Shown here: positions 13,452-23,257 of the stretch, in pieces
Position numbering within the stretch: the stretch's first letter is position 1
Layout of the letters: each line of letters opens with the position of its first letter
NCBI RefSeq assembly: GCF_000368925.1
Contig: NZ_KB849756.1
Location: 1 to 32,000, forward strand
Length of the DNA stretch: 32,000 nucleotides
Direction of reading: 5' to 3'
Source of the DNA: Acinetobacter bereziniae LMG 1003 = CIP 70.12
GTDB taxonomy: Bacteria > Pseudomonadota > Gammaproteobacteria > Pseudomonadales > Moraxellaceae
Translations under genes and position numbers: made by a program
Notes under the pieces: generated by a model
What the model was told of the DNA's origin: nothing
The model's database searches: none
Seen by the model: the letters and a program-made list of their open reading frames with translations, nothing else

Positions 13452-14359
13452 ATGTCACATCAATCCAATACCGCTTTAGGTATCACCCTCAATGTCATCG
13501 CTTCAATACTGTTTGCAATTATGTTTGCCTACACCGCCTTATTGGGTGCATTAGAGGGAAATGAAATATATGGTTGGCGAATTTTACTTACCTTACCCTG
13601 TTTGACACTTTTCATCATTGCTCAGGGAAATTGGTCACAGGTCAGACAGATTTATGAGCGCTTATATAAAGAACGTCTTTTTTTATATTCACTCGTCTGA
13701 TTTCTTCATTTCTAATTGGATTACAACTTTGGTTATTTATGTGGGCGCCTCAGCATGGATATGGATTAGATGTTTCCCTCGGTTACTTTATGATGCCCAT
13801 CACAATGGTTATTTTGGGAAGAGTTGCGTTTAAAGATAAAATGTCAGGTTGGCAAAAGTTATCCTGTCTTTTTGCAATATTCGGCGTGATTCATATGTTG
13901 TTTGTATCATCAACCCTTACATGGCCAACACTACTGATTTGTTTGGGCTACCCAATTTATTTTTGGCTAAGGCAGAAAACCAATACCAATAATATCGGTG
14001 GGGTTTGGTTCGATATGATACTCAGTCTGCCTTTGAGTATTTTCTTTATTCTCAAAGGTGGTGTTTTAACAGGTGCTTTAGGCTCACCTTCTTATACATT
14101 CACGTTAATTTTAGGGCTAGGCTTAATTAGTGCCCTTGCATTAGGATTTCAGTCTCTTTCAGCGCCACATCTGAATTTGAGCTTGTTTGGACTTTTGGTC
14201 TATGTTGAACCTGTTTTGCTATTTATTGTTGCAATCATATTCGGTGAGACAATTCATGCAACTGAATGGCCAACCTATATCGCGATTTGGATGGCAGTCT
14301 GTGTATTGGTTATTGAAGGTCTCATAAGTCTAAAGAAAAAAAGCAGTACTCAAGTATAA
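13452..14359 (+). pseudogene. rarD: rarD-like EamA/DMT transporter interrupted by a frameshift in a T7 run
   Basis: Frame 1 (13452-13700) and frame 3 (open from 13670, to 14359) together read as one RarD-like protein (...LIG-LQLWLFMWAPQHGYGLDVSLGYF...). One extra T in the run at 13678-13684 would give a continuous 302-aa ORF. Confidence 0.75.
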
Positions 14360-14427
14360 TTTATATATTCGTCTTTTTGCTATTGAGATTGTTGAGTTCG
14401 TTCAGGCTCATTTTTTATAGTAGAACC

Positions 14428-14458
14428 CATCTGCTGAATCTACAGGATTCAGCAGATG
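14428..14458. terminator. Bidirectional terminator hairpin between convergent genes
   Basis: 13-bp perfect stem catctgctgaatc / gattcagcagatg with a 5-nt loop. Confidence 0.7.
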
Positions 14459-14506
14459 CTTAGCTCTATAAGTCTATCTTTACAAGTTGTTGATTACAGC
14501 ATCCAA

Positions 14507-15295
14507 TCAATTAAATTGGGGCTTTCTTTTTTCCATAAAAGCAGCCACACCTTCTTTATAATTGTCTGAATGTCCAGCAATACGCTGAAATTGACGTTCT
14601 AGTTGCAATTGATCCGCTAAAGTATTCTGTGGTGCATGATTGAATGCTTGTTTAATCAGTGAAATTGAACTGCTGGGTTGGTTTGCTAATCTTTCGGCAA
14701 GTTCAATGACATTCTGCTCGAAAGCTTCATCCTCATAAACCTCCCAAATCAAGCCCCAATTTAAAGCCTGCTGTGCAGATAATTGATCGCCTAACATCGC
14801 CAAACCTTTGGCTCTGGCTAATCCGACTAGATGGGGTAAATGCCAAGTTCCCCCTGCATCAGGAACCAACCCAACTTTGCAAAATGACTGTATGAACCTC
14901 GCTGACTGCTTGGCCACCACCATATCGCAGGACAAAGCCAGATTTGCGCCTGCTCCAGCAGCTACCCCATTTACCGCAGCAATGACAAGTTTGGACATCT
15001 GAGTAATTTTTAAGATCAGAGGATTATAAAATTTTTCCAAGGCTGCGCCTGCATCATAGTCTGGGGCGCTAATCACCTCATTATTTCTTGTTGTTAAATC
15101 CTGTCCTGCACAAAATCCTTTACCTGCTCCTGAAATCACGATGGTGTGAATATCTTGACTAAAGGACCATTGGTCTAAAATTAAAATAATTTCTTGATGC
15201 ATCTGTTCGTTAAAACTATTTAGTACTTCTGGTCGGTTTAAGGTTAAGTAACCTACTTTATTGTGTTGACGAACTAAAATATGTTGGAAATTCAT
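14507..15295 (-). CDS. Enoyl-CoA hydratase/isomerase (crotonase family)
   Basis: 262 aa. GYLTLNRPEVLNSF, GAGKGFCAGQDL, AAVNGVAAGAGANLAL. Confidence 0.9.
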   Translation of the reverse strand: MNFQHILVRQHNKVGYLTLNRPEVLNSFNEQMHQEIILILDQWSFSQDIHTIVISGAGKGFCAGQDLTTRNNEVISAPDYDAGAALEKFYNPLILKITQMSKLVIAAVNGVAAGAGANLALSCDMVVAKQSARFIQSFCKVGLVPDAGGTWHLPHLVGLARAKGLAMLGDQLSAQQALNWGLIWEVYEDEAFEQNVIELAERLANQPSSSISLIKQAFNHAPQNTLADQLQLERQFQRIAGHSDNYKEGVAAFMEKRKPQFN

Positions 15296-15334
15296 TGATC
15301 TCTACCCCTTCAAATATATATGACGTAATTTTGC

Positions 15335-17137
15335 TTAAAATGCAAAATCATCAGGATCGAGTTGCATAACGGCTTTCGCACCTGATTGGATCGAAGCAGC
15401 ATGGCTTTTGGTACGATGAAGTAGTTTTTCAAAGAAAAATTGAGCAGTGGCTAATTTGGCACGATAAAATTTTTCTTCTTGTGTTCCATCATTTAACTTT
15501 TGCTCTGCGACTTGCGCCATACGAGCCCAAAGGTAAGCAAATACGACATAACTTGAAAAGTACAGATAATCGACTGACGCAGCACCAATTTCTTCTGGAT
15601 TTTGCTGGGCTTGAACCGAGATATGCTGAGTGATGGACAACCATTGTTGTTTCAATTCAGTCAAAGTTGTTATATAGGTTACAAGTGCAGGATTTGATTG
15701 ATGGGTTGCAATAAATTGATCAATCAGATCAATCATATTGTTTAACAGTTTACCTTCTGACTTTAATACTTTGCGTGCCAATAAGTCTAAAGATTGAATC
15801 TCTGTTGTACCTTCATACAAAGTAGAAATACGTGCATCACGAGCAATTTGTTCCATGCCATGTTCGACAATAAATCCATGTCCACCAAAGATCTGTACAC
15901 CATGTTTAGCAGACTCATTACCAGATTCGGTTAAAAAAGCTTTGGCAATTGGAGTCAAAAAAGCCAGTAATTCATCTGAGTGTATCTTTTGCTCTGGATT
16001 GTGAGTGTTTTCAACAATATCGACATGTTGCGCTAAGAAATATGCCAGTGCACGCCCTCCTTCAGAAAATGCTTTTTGAGTCATTAACATTGAACGTACT
16101 GCAGGATGTACGATGATTGGATCCGCATTTTTTTCTGGGTATTTTGCACCAGTCAAAGCACGCATGGCTAAACGTTCCTTAGCGTAGTTCAAGGCACCTT
16201 GAAATGAAATTTCAGAGGCTGCAAGTCCTTGTACTGCTGTACCAATACGTGCGGTATTCATAAAGGTGAACATGCAATTTAAACCTCGGTTTTCAGATCC
16301 AATTAAGAAACCTTTTGCACCATCAAAATTCAACACACAAGTTGCATTACCATGAATTCCCATTTTATGTTCAATCGCACTACAAACGACTTTATTTCGA
16401 TCTTGAAGATTGCCAGAATCATCTACATTAAATTTGGGTACGATAAATAGTGAAATTCCTTTCGTTCCAGCAGGTGCTTGAGGAAGACGAGCGAGGACGA
16501 TATGGATAATATTTTCTGCCAAATCATGTTCCCCAGCAGATATAAAGATTTTCTCGCCAGTAATGGCATAACTTCCATCCGCATTCGGTTCAGCTTTTGT
16601 GCGAATCAATCCTAAATCTGAGCCAGCATGTGACTCGGTTAGGCACATGGTTCCAGTCCAAATTCCACTAATCAATTTGGATAAGTAGATTTGCTTCTGT
16701 TGTTCTGTTCCATGATGCTCAATCGTACGCATTGCGCCATGCGATAAGCCTGGATACATTGCCCAAGCCCAATTCGCACCACATAACATTTCTGAAATTG
16801 CAATCCTTAATAACGTAGGTAAACCTTGTCCACCGTATTCAGGATCAGCTGTAAGTGAGGTAAATCCTAACGCTGTATATTTTTGATAAGCCTCTTTAAA
16901 GCCTTTCGGTGTTGTTACTTTGCCATGATCAAATAGGCAACCTTGCTGATCGCCATTTTGATTGATAGGTGCAAGTTCATTTTCACAAAAGTCTGCACCA
17001 GCCTGTAAATATTGGTTGATCAATTCACGACTCAGTTCATTCTGATCATTCAAAAATTGCTGATAAGTTTCTTCTGTATTCAACATTTCATGAAGTACAA
17101 ACTGCATATCACGTAATGGTGCTTTATATAAAGGCAT
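15335..17137 (-). CDS. Long (600-aa) acyl-CoA dehydrogenase with a C-terminal extension domain
   Basis: ACAD N, middle and C-terminal motifs (TESHAGSDL, IFGGHGF, YEGTTEIQ) plus a C-terminal extension of about 150 aa. SD AAGGA. Confidence 0.9.
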   Translation of the reverse strand: MPLYKAPLRDMQFVLHEMLNTEETYQQFLNDQNELSRELINQYLQAGADFCENELAPINQNGDQQGCLFDHGKVTTPKGFKEAYQKYTALGFTSLTADPEYGGQGLPTLLRIAISEMLCGANWAWAMYPGLSHGAMRTIEHHGTEQQKQIYLSKLISGIWTGTMCLTESHAGSDLGLIRTKAEPNADGSYAITGEKIFISAGEHDLAENIIHIVLARLPQAPAGTKGISLFIVPKFNVDDSGNLQDRNKVVCSAIEHKMGIHGNATCVLNFDGAKGFLIGSENRGLNCMFTFMNTARIGTAVQGLAASEISFQGALNYAKERLAMRALTGAKYPEKNADPIIVHPAVRSMLMTQKAFSEGGRALAYFLAQHVDIVENTHNPEQKIHSDELLAFLTPIAKAFLTESGNESAKHGVQIFGGHGFIVEHGMEQIARDARISTLYEGTTEIQSLDLLARKVLKSEGKLLNNMIDLIDQFIATHQSNPALVTYITTLTELKQQWLSITQHISVQAQQNPEEIGAASVDYLYFSSYVVFAYLWARMAQVAEQKLNDGTQEEKFYRAKLATAQFFFEKLLHRTKSHAASIQSGAKAVMQLDPDDFAF

Positions 17138-17234
17138 ACGTTATTCCTTTTTCAATTGCGCTTCCTATGCTGTAGGGAAAAGCGGTTTCCTTTTAATGAA
17201 CTTTATTCTCGAATGAATTAAAAATATCAAATAA

Positions 17235-17251
17235 ATTTCATATTGCAAAAT
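17235..17251. promoter_or_regulatory. 17-bp operator-like site ATTTCATATTGCAAAAT
   Basis: Member of the ATTTyG-N5-CrAAAT family seen in the dca control regions. Lies in the divergent 313-bp AT-rich gap. Confidence 0.35.
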
Positions 17252-17383
17252 TTATTTTCATTATTTTGGTATAAAATCAAATTATCAAATACGTGTATAT
17301 GTTTAAATGTCGATTAGCTCATTGTATTTAAATATTTTATTTAAATTTTAAATTAAAATTGCTTCAATAATATTATAAATTTA

Positions 17384-17400
17384 ATTTTGTATTGCAAAAT
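17384..17400. promoter_or_regulatory. 17-bp near-perfect palindrome ATTTTGTATTGCAAAAT
   Basis: 7 of 8 arm positions are complementary. Same family as 24561-24577 and 29157-29173. Confidence 0.45.
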
Positions 17401-17465
17401 AATATTCCGTAAATTTGAAATTTATAGTATGTTAATGCCATCGCTTAACATTGCAAGGAAGATTT

Positions 17466-17900
17466 ATGGATAGCCCTCAATACACTGGTCTTGAGTTCCT
17501 AACTGCTTTAAAGAATGGAGAAATTTCAGCATCTCCGATGGCACATACCATTCCGATGCAGTTAGTTGAAGTTGCTAAAGGAAAAGCAACATATAAGGTT
17601 ACGCCAAGTCAAGCACATCGAAATATACAAGGGACAATCCATGGTGGTTTTTGTGCAACTGCTTTAGATACAGCAACAGGAAGTGCCGCCCATACATTAC
17701 TTGAACATGGCGTTGGTTATGGCACGATAGACCTGAACGTAAAAATGATTCGCCCCATGCAAATAGATACAACCTATTATGCACAAGCAGAATTGATTAA
17801 TGCAGGACGTAATATCATCACCACTGAAGGAAAAATTATCGATGACCATGGCAAAATTTATGCATTTGCAACAGCAATATTGATGGTCATACGTAAGTAA
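17466..17900 (+). CDS. PaaI-family hotdog-fold thioesterase
   Basis: IHGGFCATALDTATGSAAH motif. The ORF track starts at TTG 17451, but the ATG at 17466 has SD AGGAAG. Confidence 0.8.
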   Translation: MDSPQYTGLEFLTALKNGEISASPMAHTIPMQLVEVAKGKATYKVTPSQAHRNIQGTIHGGFCATALDTATGSAAHTLLEHGVGYGTIDLNVKMIRPMQIDTTYYAQAELINAGRNIITTEGKIIDDHGKIYAFATAILMVIRK

Positions 17901-17933
17901 GGCTTTAAATAAATACCTTAAGTAGCATTTGCT

Positions 17934-17960
17934 TTAAGCTCCTGATGGAGCTTAATTTTT
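17934..17960 (+). terminator. Rho-independent terminator shared by convergent genes
   Basis: ttaagctcc-tgat-ggagcttaa followed by ttttt. Overlaps the stop of the minus-strand MFS gene. Confidence 0.65.
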
Positions 17961-19160
17961 GATCTGCTGTTTTTTCATCGTGTAAAAGTCAATCCGGTCT
18001 ATCGCCAAGCTCACTAATGCCATAGTAAAGCCCAATATCACACATGCCACCCATCCCCAATGTTTCCAAGCATAAACTGCGACAAAAGAACCTAATGCAG
18101 CACCACCAAAATACAAGGTCATATAGATAGAATTAATCCGAGAACGTGCCTGTGCCGAAATGCGATAGACCAAATTCTGATTGAGAACATGAAATGCAGA
18201 TAAGCCAAAATAAGCTAAAATGACGCCAAATGCATAAGCAAATAAAGAGCGTTGTGCAAAAAATAGTGGAATCCATGCAATCAACAGCAATGACATACAA
18301 ATGATAGCAACTTTATTCTCTAAGCCTTTGGCGATTTGTTTTCCAGCCCAAGGCGTTGCGAAAACTCCTGCTAAACCCACTATGCCAAATAAACCAATTT
18401 GAAAATCGTTAAAATAATAAGGTGCATTGGCAAGAATAAACGTCATGGTGGTAAAGATCAGCGCTAAAATACCAAAACCAATCCCACCCGCTATGCCACG
18501 GCGAATTAAATGCGGTTGGTCAACAGCCAAAGTAAATAATGAGCGATAAATCTGTAAAACAGTGAGTTGATGTGACTTTCGAGCAACAGGTAACTTGATC
18601 CACATTACCATAGCGAAAGCTAAAATGACGATGCCACTCAGTAAATATACGGCATGCCAAGACCATATGGTGGATAGTAAACCTGCGATTGATCTTGCCA
18701 ATAGAATACCGAGGAACAGCCCACTCATCAGTGTTCCAACCACCTGAGGGCTTTTTTTCGGACTAGCTAGACCTGCTGCAAAGGGAACCAACACTTGTGT
18801 GGTGATTGAGAAAAAGGTCGCCAAAAAGGTAAAGCTATACAATGTGTGTAAGGATTGACTGAAAGAGAGTCCAATTTGTGCAAAACCTGTGCAACACATT
18901 AGCAAACAAATGTAGCTCCGTTTTTCAAAAAAATCACCAAGTGGTACTAAAACGAATAGACCAACTGCATAAGAGAGTTGGCCGATAACAATAGTGAATG
19001 CGACTTGTTCAACATGAACCTGCAAGGCATTGGCAATAGAATAAATTATAGGTTGATTATAATAGTTTGAACCTGCACAAATTCCACAAGCCATAGCCAT
19101 GATGAAAATAAAGCTTTTTGACAAGATTTGTGTTGTTTCAGGTCGAACTACGCTTTGCAT
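17952..19160 (-). CDS. MFS transporter (12-TM type), 20 bp downstream of dcaP
   Basis: 402 aa, hydrophobic throughout, LGDFFEKR loop motif. SD GGTGAGG. Paralogue of 30127..31296. Confidence 0.85.
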   Translation of the reverse strand: MQSVVRPETTQILSKSFIFIMAMACGICAGSNYYNQPIIYSIANALQVHVEQVAFTIVIGQLSYAVGLFVLVPLGDFFEKRSYICLLMCCTGFAQIGLSFSQSLHTLYSFTFLATFFSITTQVLVPFAAGLASPKKSPQVVGTLMSGLFLGILLARSIAGLLSTIWSWHAVYLLSGIVILAFAMVMWIKLPVARKSHQLTVLQIYRSLFTLAVDQPHLIRRGIAGGIGFGILALIFTTMTFILANAPYYFNDFQIGLFGIVGLAGVFATPWAGKQIAKGLENKVAIICMSLLLIAWIPLFFAQRSLFAYAFGVILAYFGLSAFHVLNQNLVYRISAQARSRINSIYMTLYFGGAALGSFVAVYAWKHWGWVACVILGFTMALVSLAIDRIDFYTMKKQQIKN

Positions 19161-19180
19161 TGCCTTAACCTCACCTGTAG

Positions 19181-20497
19181 TTAAAATTTATACATCGACA
19201 CAAAATTAATGCGAGACACATTCGCTGTTCTTCCATCAAACACTTCCCGTTTGCCTTGGTGATATTCCATGCCAATATCAATTTGTTCCGCAGGCGAATA
19301 GAACAGGTTTGCTGCATAATCTGTCAGACGTTTGTTTGCATCAGGGTTAAGCTTTGCATAGGCTGAATCATCATCAAAAGCAAAAATAGAGGCCGACAAA
19401 TTGGCACGCCATTGTGGATTAAATTTATAGGAATAGCCGACATTTAAACTATTGAGCTTATTCATCAGTAATTCATTTTTTTCTGTATTTAACGAAAAAT
19501 CACCTGCTGCACTCAAGTTAGTCGCATTTGTTAAACCACTCTGGGTGGTGTAAGGCATGAATTTTTGATCACCTACAATATATTGATAATTGGCTTGGAG
19601 GGATTGTTGTGGTGTCAGTTGGTATTTTAATCCAGCACCGAGTCCCCAACTTACTTTCTTCACCGTATCTTTTGCGACATCGACAGACTTTTCATTGATA
19701 AAACCTTGAGCTAAAGCTGTCAAAGCTCCTTGTTTAACCGTATAGCGACTGGTCAATGTCGGGAATGCTGAAACTCGAGATCCTGTATATTCCAATGCAA
19801 CTTTTAAATCACTATTTCCATTTACTTTCCAATCGTAACGCACTTGAGGCGTACGGGTATAGGATGTTCCCATAAATTGGGTATAGTCCACGGATTCTGT
19901 TCGAGTTTCCATATTTGACATCAATGACCAAGTTTGACCAAAGGTCCAGTCTTTATACGTAAAGAAGGCATGACGAATACGGAACTTACCATCACCTGTC
20001 CCCATATTTGAACTGTCAAAAAAATCTGCTTCAATATTTCCTGTAACAGCCTTATCTGGACTATTGAAATACACTCCTATTCGACTGGCATTGATCATGG
20101 CATCCGAACGAGCATGATCAGAACGTTTGTCACTTTCAAATGGGGTGCGGTTCAAACTATTTGTGGTTCTTCCCCCAGTGTCGGGTGAAGACTTGAAATC
20201 AACTGCTGCATCCAGTCGAGCAATCCCATAGACTTTGACATTATCTGTCCATGTCACCCACGAAGGTGCGATGGGTTTTGAGCTTTCACTGGTCTTATTT
20301 TTTTCTACATTTTCTTCAATTTTTGCTTGCTGGACCTGCAAATTATTTTGCGCACTTTTCTGGGCTTCCAGTTCTGCTTTCAGTTTTTGCAACTCAGCTT
20401 CTAATACATTAATTCGTTGTTCTACTGTGTTCGGAGAATTTGCAAAAATAGTCCCTGAAGCCACAGCACAAGCTGTAGCCAAAATTAATTTTTTCAT
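19181..20497 (-). CDS. dcaP: DcaP-family outer-membrane porin with an N-terminal coiled coil
   Basis: Signal peptide, then VEQRINVLEAELQKLKAELEAQK, then beta-barrel-like alternating sequence ending in YKF. Last position in the dcaAKIJP order. Confidence 0.85.
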   Translation of the reverse strand: MKKLILATACAVASGTIFANSPNTVEQRINVLEAELQKLKAELEAQKSAQNNLQVQQAKIEENVEKNKTSESSKPIAPSWVTWTDNVKVYGIARLDAAVDFKSSPDTGGRTTNSLNRTPFESDKRSDHARSDAMINASRIGVYFNSPDKAVTGNIEADFFDSSNMGTGDGKFRIRHAFFTYKDWTFGQTWSLMSNMETRTESVDYTQFMGTSYTRTPQVRYDWKVNGNSDLKVALEYTGSRVSAFPTLTSRYTVKQGALTALAQGFINEKSVDVAKDTVKKVSWGLGAGLKYQLTPQQSLQANYQYIVGDQKFMPYTTQSGLTNATNLSAAGDFSLNTEKNELLMNKLNSLNVGYSYKFNPQWRANLSASIFAFDDDSAYAKLNPDANKRLTDYAANLFYSPAEQIDIGMEYHQGKREVFDGRTANVSRINFVSMYKF

Positions 20498-20536
20498 CTT
20501 TTAATCCTTAAAGAAGCGTTTTTCCATATGGGTCAA

Positions 20537-21190
20537 TTAATTGACACGGGCATCTATCAGTGGGCAATCCGTTAGTGCTTGTAATTCATCAAAACTCAGC
20601 CCTTGAACAACTTCTGTGACATAAGCCTTGTGATCTTTCAGTTCGATAATGCATAAATCGGTGTATATACGATTGACACATTGTTCTCCAGTCACTGGAT
20701 AGCTGAGTGTATTGACGATTTTTGCTTCGCCATGTTTGGTCACATGTTCCATATAGACATAAATTGATTTTGCACCCACCGCCAAATCCATCGCACCACC
20801 AACTGCTGGTACATCATCTACTTTTCCTGTATGCCAATTGGCAAGATCGCCATTCACCGCAACTTGAAATGCACCAATCACACAAATATCAAGATGACCG
20901 CCACGCATAATGTCAAAGGAATCACCATGATGCATGAAACAGCCACCATCTAATAATGTGACTAACTCCTTTCCTGCATTGACTAAGTCTTGATCTTCTT
21001 CGCCTGCTTTTGGCGGTGGTCCAAATGCCAAAACCCCATTTTCTGAATGCAGGAAGATTTCTTTATCTTGAGGTAAATACTTGGCCACGTTGGTCGGTAA
21101 GCCAATACCTAAATTGACATAAGAACCTTCAGGAATATCCAAAGCAATCAATTGAGCGATATCTTCACGTGAGCGTTTTTGAACTGACAT
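20537..21190 (-). CDS. dcaJ: CoA-transferase subunit B
   Basis: SENG catalytic motif (FLHSENGVLAFGP). Its start overlaps the subunit A stop (TAATG). Confidence 0.85.
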   Translation of the reverse strand: MSVQKRSREDIAQLIALDIPEGSYVNLGIGLPTNVAKYLPQDKEIFLHSENGVLAFGPPPKAGEEDQDLVNAGKELVTLLDGGCFMHHGDSFDIMRGGHLDICVIGAFQVAVNGDLANWHTGKVDDVPAVGGAMDLAVGAKSIYVYMEHVTKHGEAKIVNTLSYPVTGEQCVNRIYTDLCIIELKDHKAYVTEVVQGLSFDELQALTDCPLIDARVN

Positions 21191-21858
21191 TAGATATCTC
21201 CTACTTTAACGACATGCTGTACAAAAATTCCGGGTGTAATAATGCATTCAGGATCAAGACTCCCCAACTCAACAGTATGATTGACTTGAACAATTGTTGT
21301 TTTTGCAGCCTTTGCCATGATCGGACCAAAGTTTCGTGCAGCTTTACGATAAGTTAAATTGCCCCAACGATCTGCTTGGTCAGCATAAATCAAAGCAAAA
21401 TCAGCTTCGAGTGGATACTCAAGTACATAGTTTCGACCATGAATCGTTCTGGTTTCTTTACCTTCTGCGACTTTTGTGCCATAGCCTGTTGGTGTAAATA
21501 TTGCACCGAGACCAGCACCTGCCGCCTGAATACGACATGCCAAATTACCTTGAGGCACCAGTTCCAATTCAATTTTTCCTGTACGATATAAATCTTGAAA
21601 AACGCTAGAACCGGCTGACTTTGGAAAAGAGCAGATCATTTTTCTGACACAACCTGCAATGATAAGTTGGGTTAAACCACGATCACCAGAAGCAGCATTG
21701 TTATTCACGATGGTTAGCTCTTTTTTACCTAAATCAATCAAGGCTTCAATGAGTTCTGCTGGCTGACCTGTGACACCAAAACCACTGGTCATGATGGTTG
21801 CACCATCGGGAATCGCCTTTAAAATGGGTTCAATATCACTGGTGATTTTATTGATCAT
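21190..21858 (-). CDS. dcaI: CoA-transferase subunit A
   Basis: AIPDGATIMTSGFGVTGQPAELIEAL is typical of 3-oxoacid CoA-transferase A subunits. Confidence 0.85.
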   Translation of the reverse strand: MINKITSDIEPILKAIPDGATIMTSGFGVTGQPAELIEALIDLGKKELTIVNNNAASGDRGLTQLIIAGCVRKMICSFPKSAGSSVFQDLYRTGKIELELVPQGNLACRIQAAGAGLGAIFTPTGYGTKVAEGKETRTIHGRNYVLEYPLEADFALIYADQADRWGNLTYRKAARNFGPIMAKAAKTTIVQVNHTVELGSLDPECIITPGIFVQHVVKVGDI

Positions 21859-21904
21859 TTCCCTTGTCCCTGTATATGCTTGAATTCAACTGGCAGCTTA
21901 AACA

Positions 21905-23230
21905 TCACTCTGCCTTTTGTGGATTAAATAGTCTGTCTTTGATAAATAACAATGGAATTACCCCACAGATAAAGTAAGCGCCTGCCATGACCAATAGCCC
22001 TAAGCCAATCGAACCATTTTGTGACAGAAAACCAATCGTGAGTGGTGAAAAAATCGAAAGCACTTTACCAATGTTATATGCCCCGCCTACAGCAGAACCG
22101 CGGATGGAGGTAGGAAAACTTTCCGTCATATAAGTGGCATTAATGGCATACGGTATGCCGTATAAGAAACCAAAGAACAACATGAGCCATAGAATATTTG
22201 CTGGCGTATTCAGATAAACAATCACGGGAATAAACAGCGCAGTACCAATTGTTCCAAATGCAAATACAGCACGGCGACCCAATTTATCGGCAATGATTCC
22301 TGCAATGATCTTAGCGAACATCATGATTAAGAAAGTACCCACCATATACATGGCCATTTCTTTAAACTTGATTCCTAGATCTGACTCTAAATAGGCAGGC
22401 AACCAATTACTTACGCCGTAGTAGCCAAATTGCAAAGCACCTGTACTGAGAATCCACAACACAAACATAGTGCCATGTTTTTTATCACGTAAGATTTCCC
22501 AATATGGATTTTGACGTTTAACCGCTTGTGTACTTTGAGGCGTAGCCAGCATTTTTAATTGGCGTGCTTTTTTCCATGACTCTGGCTCAGGAACAATAAA
22601 ATGCATCAGTACAGATAATATAATCGGTGTTATAGCGAGCCAGTAAAGAAAGCGCCAACCATGTTCTGGAATAATATGACCTGCCAATAATGTGGCAAGT
22701 AAAGAACCGAGGGTATAACCCGTCATCAGTGTTGCTAAAACAGTTGAACGGTGTTTAGTTGGCACCATCTCAGACATTAAAATATTGCAGGCAATATAGA
22801 GTGCCCCCAAGCCCATTGCTCCAACTGTTCTCAAGATGGCAAATTGCATATAAGAATGGGTAAAACCCAATGCACAGGTGAGTACTGAAGAAAAAGCGAT
22901 GAAAAATACAATAATTCTGACTCGACCAAACCGATCGCAAGCCCAACCGCCAATTAAACCGCCTACGGCTGAACCGAGTAGTGTTAAACTCCCCAATGTA
23001 CCAGCTTGTACACCGGTCAGATGAAATTCAGTTTTTAAACTGGTCAAACTCAAGGCTAAAAAGCCTAAATCTGCGCCGTCGAATAACAATGTAAAAAATG
23101 CAAATATAAATGCAGTAATCCAAATCTTCTTAGGCGTTTGAATGGCTTCCCCAGCATCCAATTGACCACCATTATTTTGTGTAACAGTTTCCGTTGTCAT
23201 GTCCATATCCTCAGAAAGAATATGAGGCAT
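21905..23230 (-). CDS. dcaK: MFS dicarboxylate/aromatic-acid:H+ symporter-type transporter
   Basis: MFS motifs (DRFGRVR, ADKLGRR). The ORF track starts at TTG 23242, but the ATG at 23230 has GAGG 6 nt upstream. Confidence 0.8.
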   Translation of the reverse strand: MPHILSEDMDMTTETVTQNNGGQLDAGEAIQTPKKIWITAFIFAFFTLLFDGADLGFLALSLTSLKTEFHLTGVQAGTLGSLTLLGSAVGGLIGGWACDRFGRVRIIVFFIAFSSVLTCALGFTHSYMQFAILRTVGAMGLGALYIACNILMSEMVPTKHRSTVLATLMTGYTLGSLLATLLAGHIIPEHGWRFLYWLAITPIILSVLMHFIVPEPESWKKARQLKMLATPQSTQAVKRQNPYWEILRDKKHGTMFVLWILSTGALQFGYYGVSNWLPAYLESDLGIKFKEMAMYMVGTFLIMMFAKIIAGIIADKLGRRAVFAFGTIGTALFIPVIVYLNTPANILWLMLFFGFLYGIPYAINATYMTESFPTSIRGSAVGGAYNIGKVLSIFSPLTIGFLSQNGSIGLGLLVMAGAYFICGVIPLLFIKDRLFNPQKAE

Positions 23231-23257
23231 CCCCTGCCTCAAGCGATATATGCTTTA

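Noticed and set aside
13618-13833. Middle-frame 71-aa ORF within the rarD-like region
   Set aside because: The RarD-like sequence is fully explained by frames 1 and 3 joined at the T7 run. This frame has no similarity to the family and is a by-product of the frameshift region.
15328-15348. Inverted repeat ATTTTGC-N7-GCAAAAT between the acyl-CoA dehydrogenase and the enoyl-CoA hydratase, resembling the 17-bp motif arms
   Set aside because: The arm spacing is 7 rather than 3, and half of it lies within the dehydrogenase stop region inside an operon. It is more likely chance in AT-rich sequence or a weak RNA hairpin.
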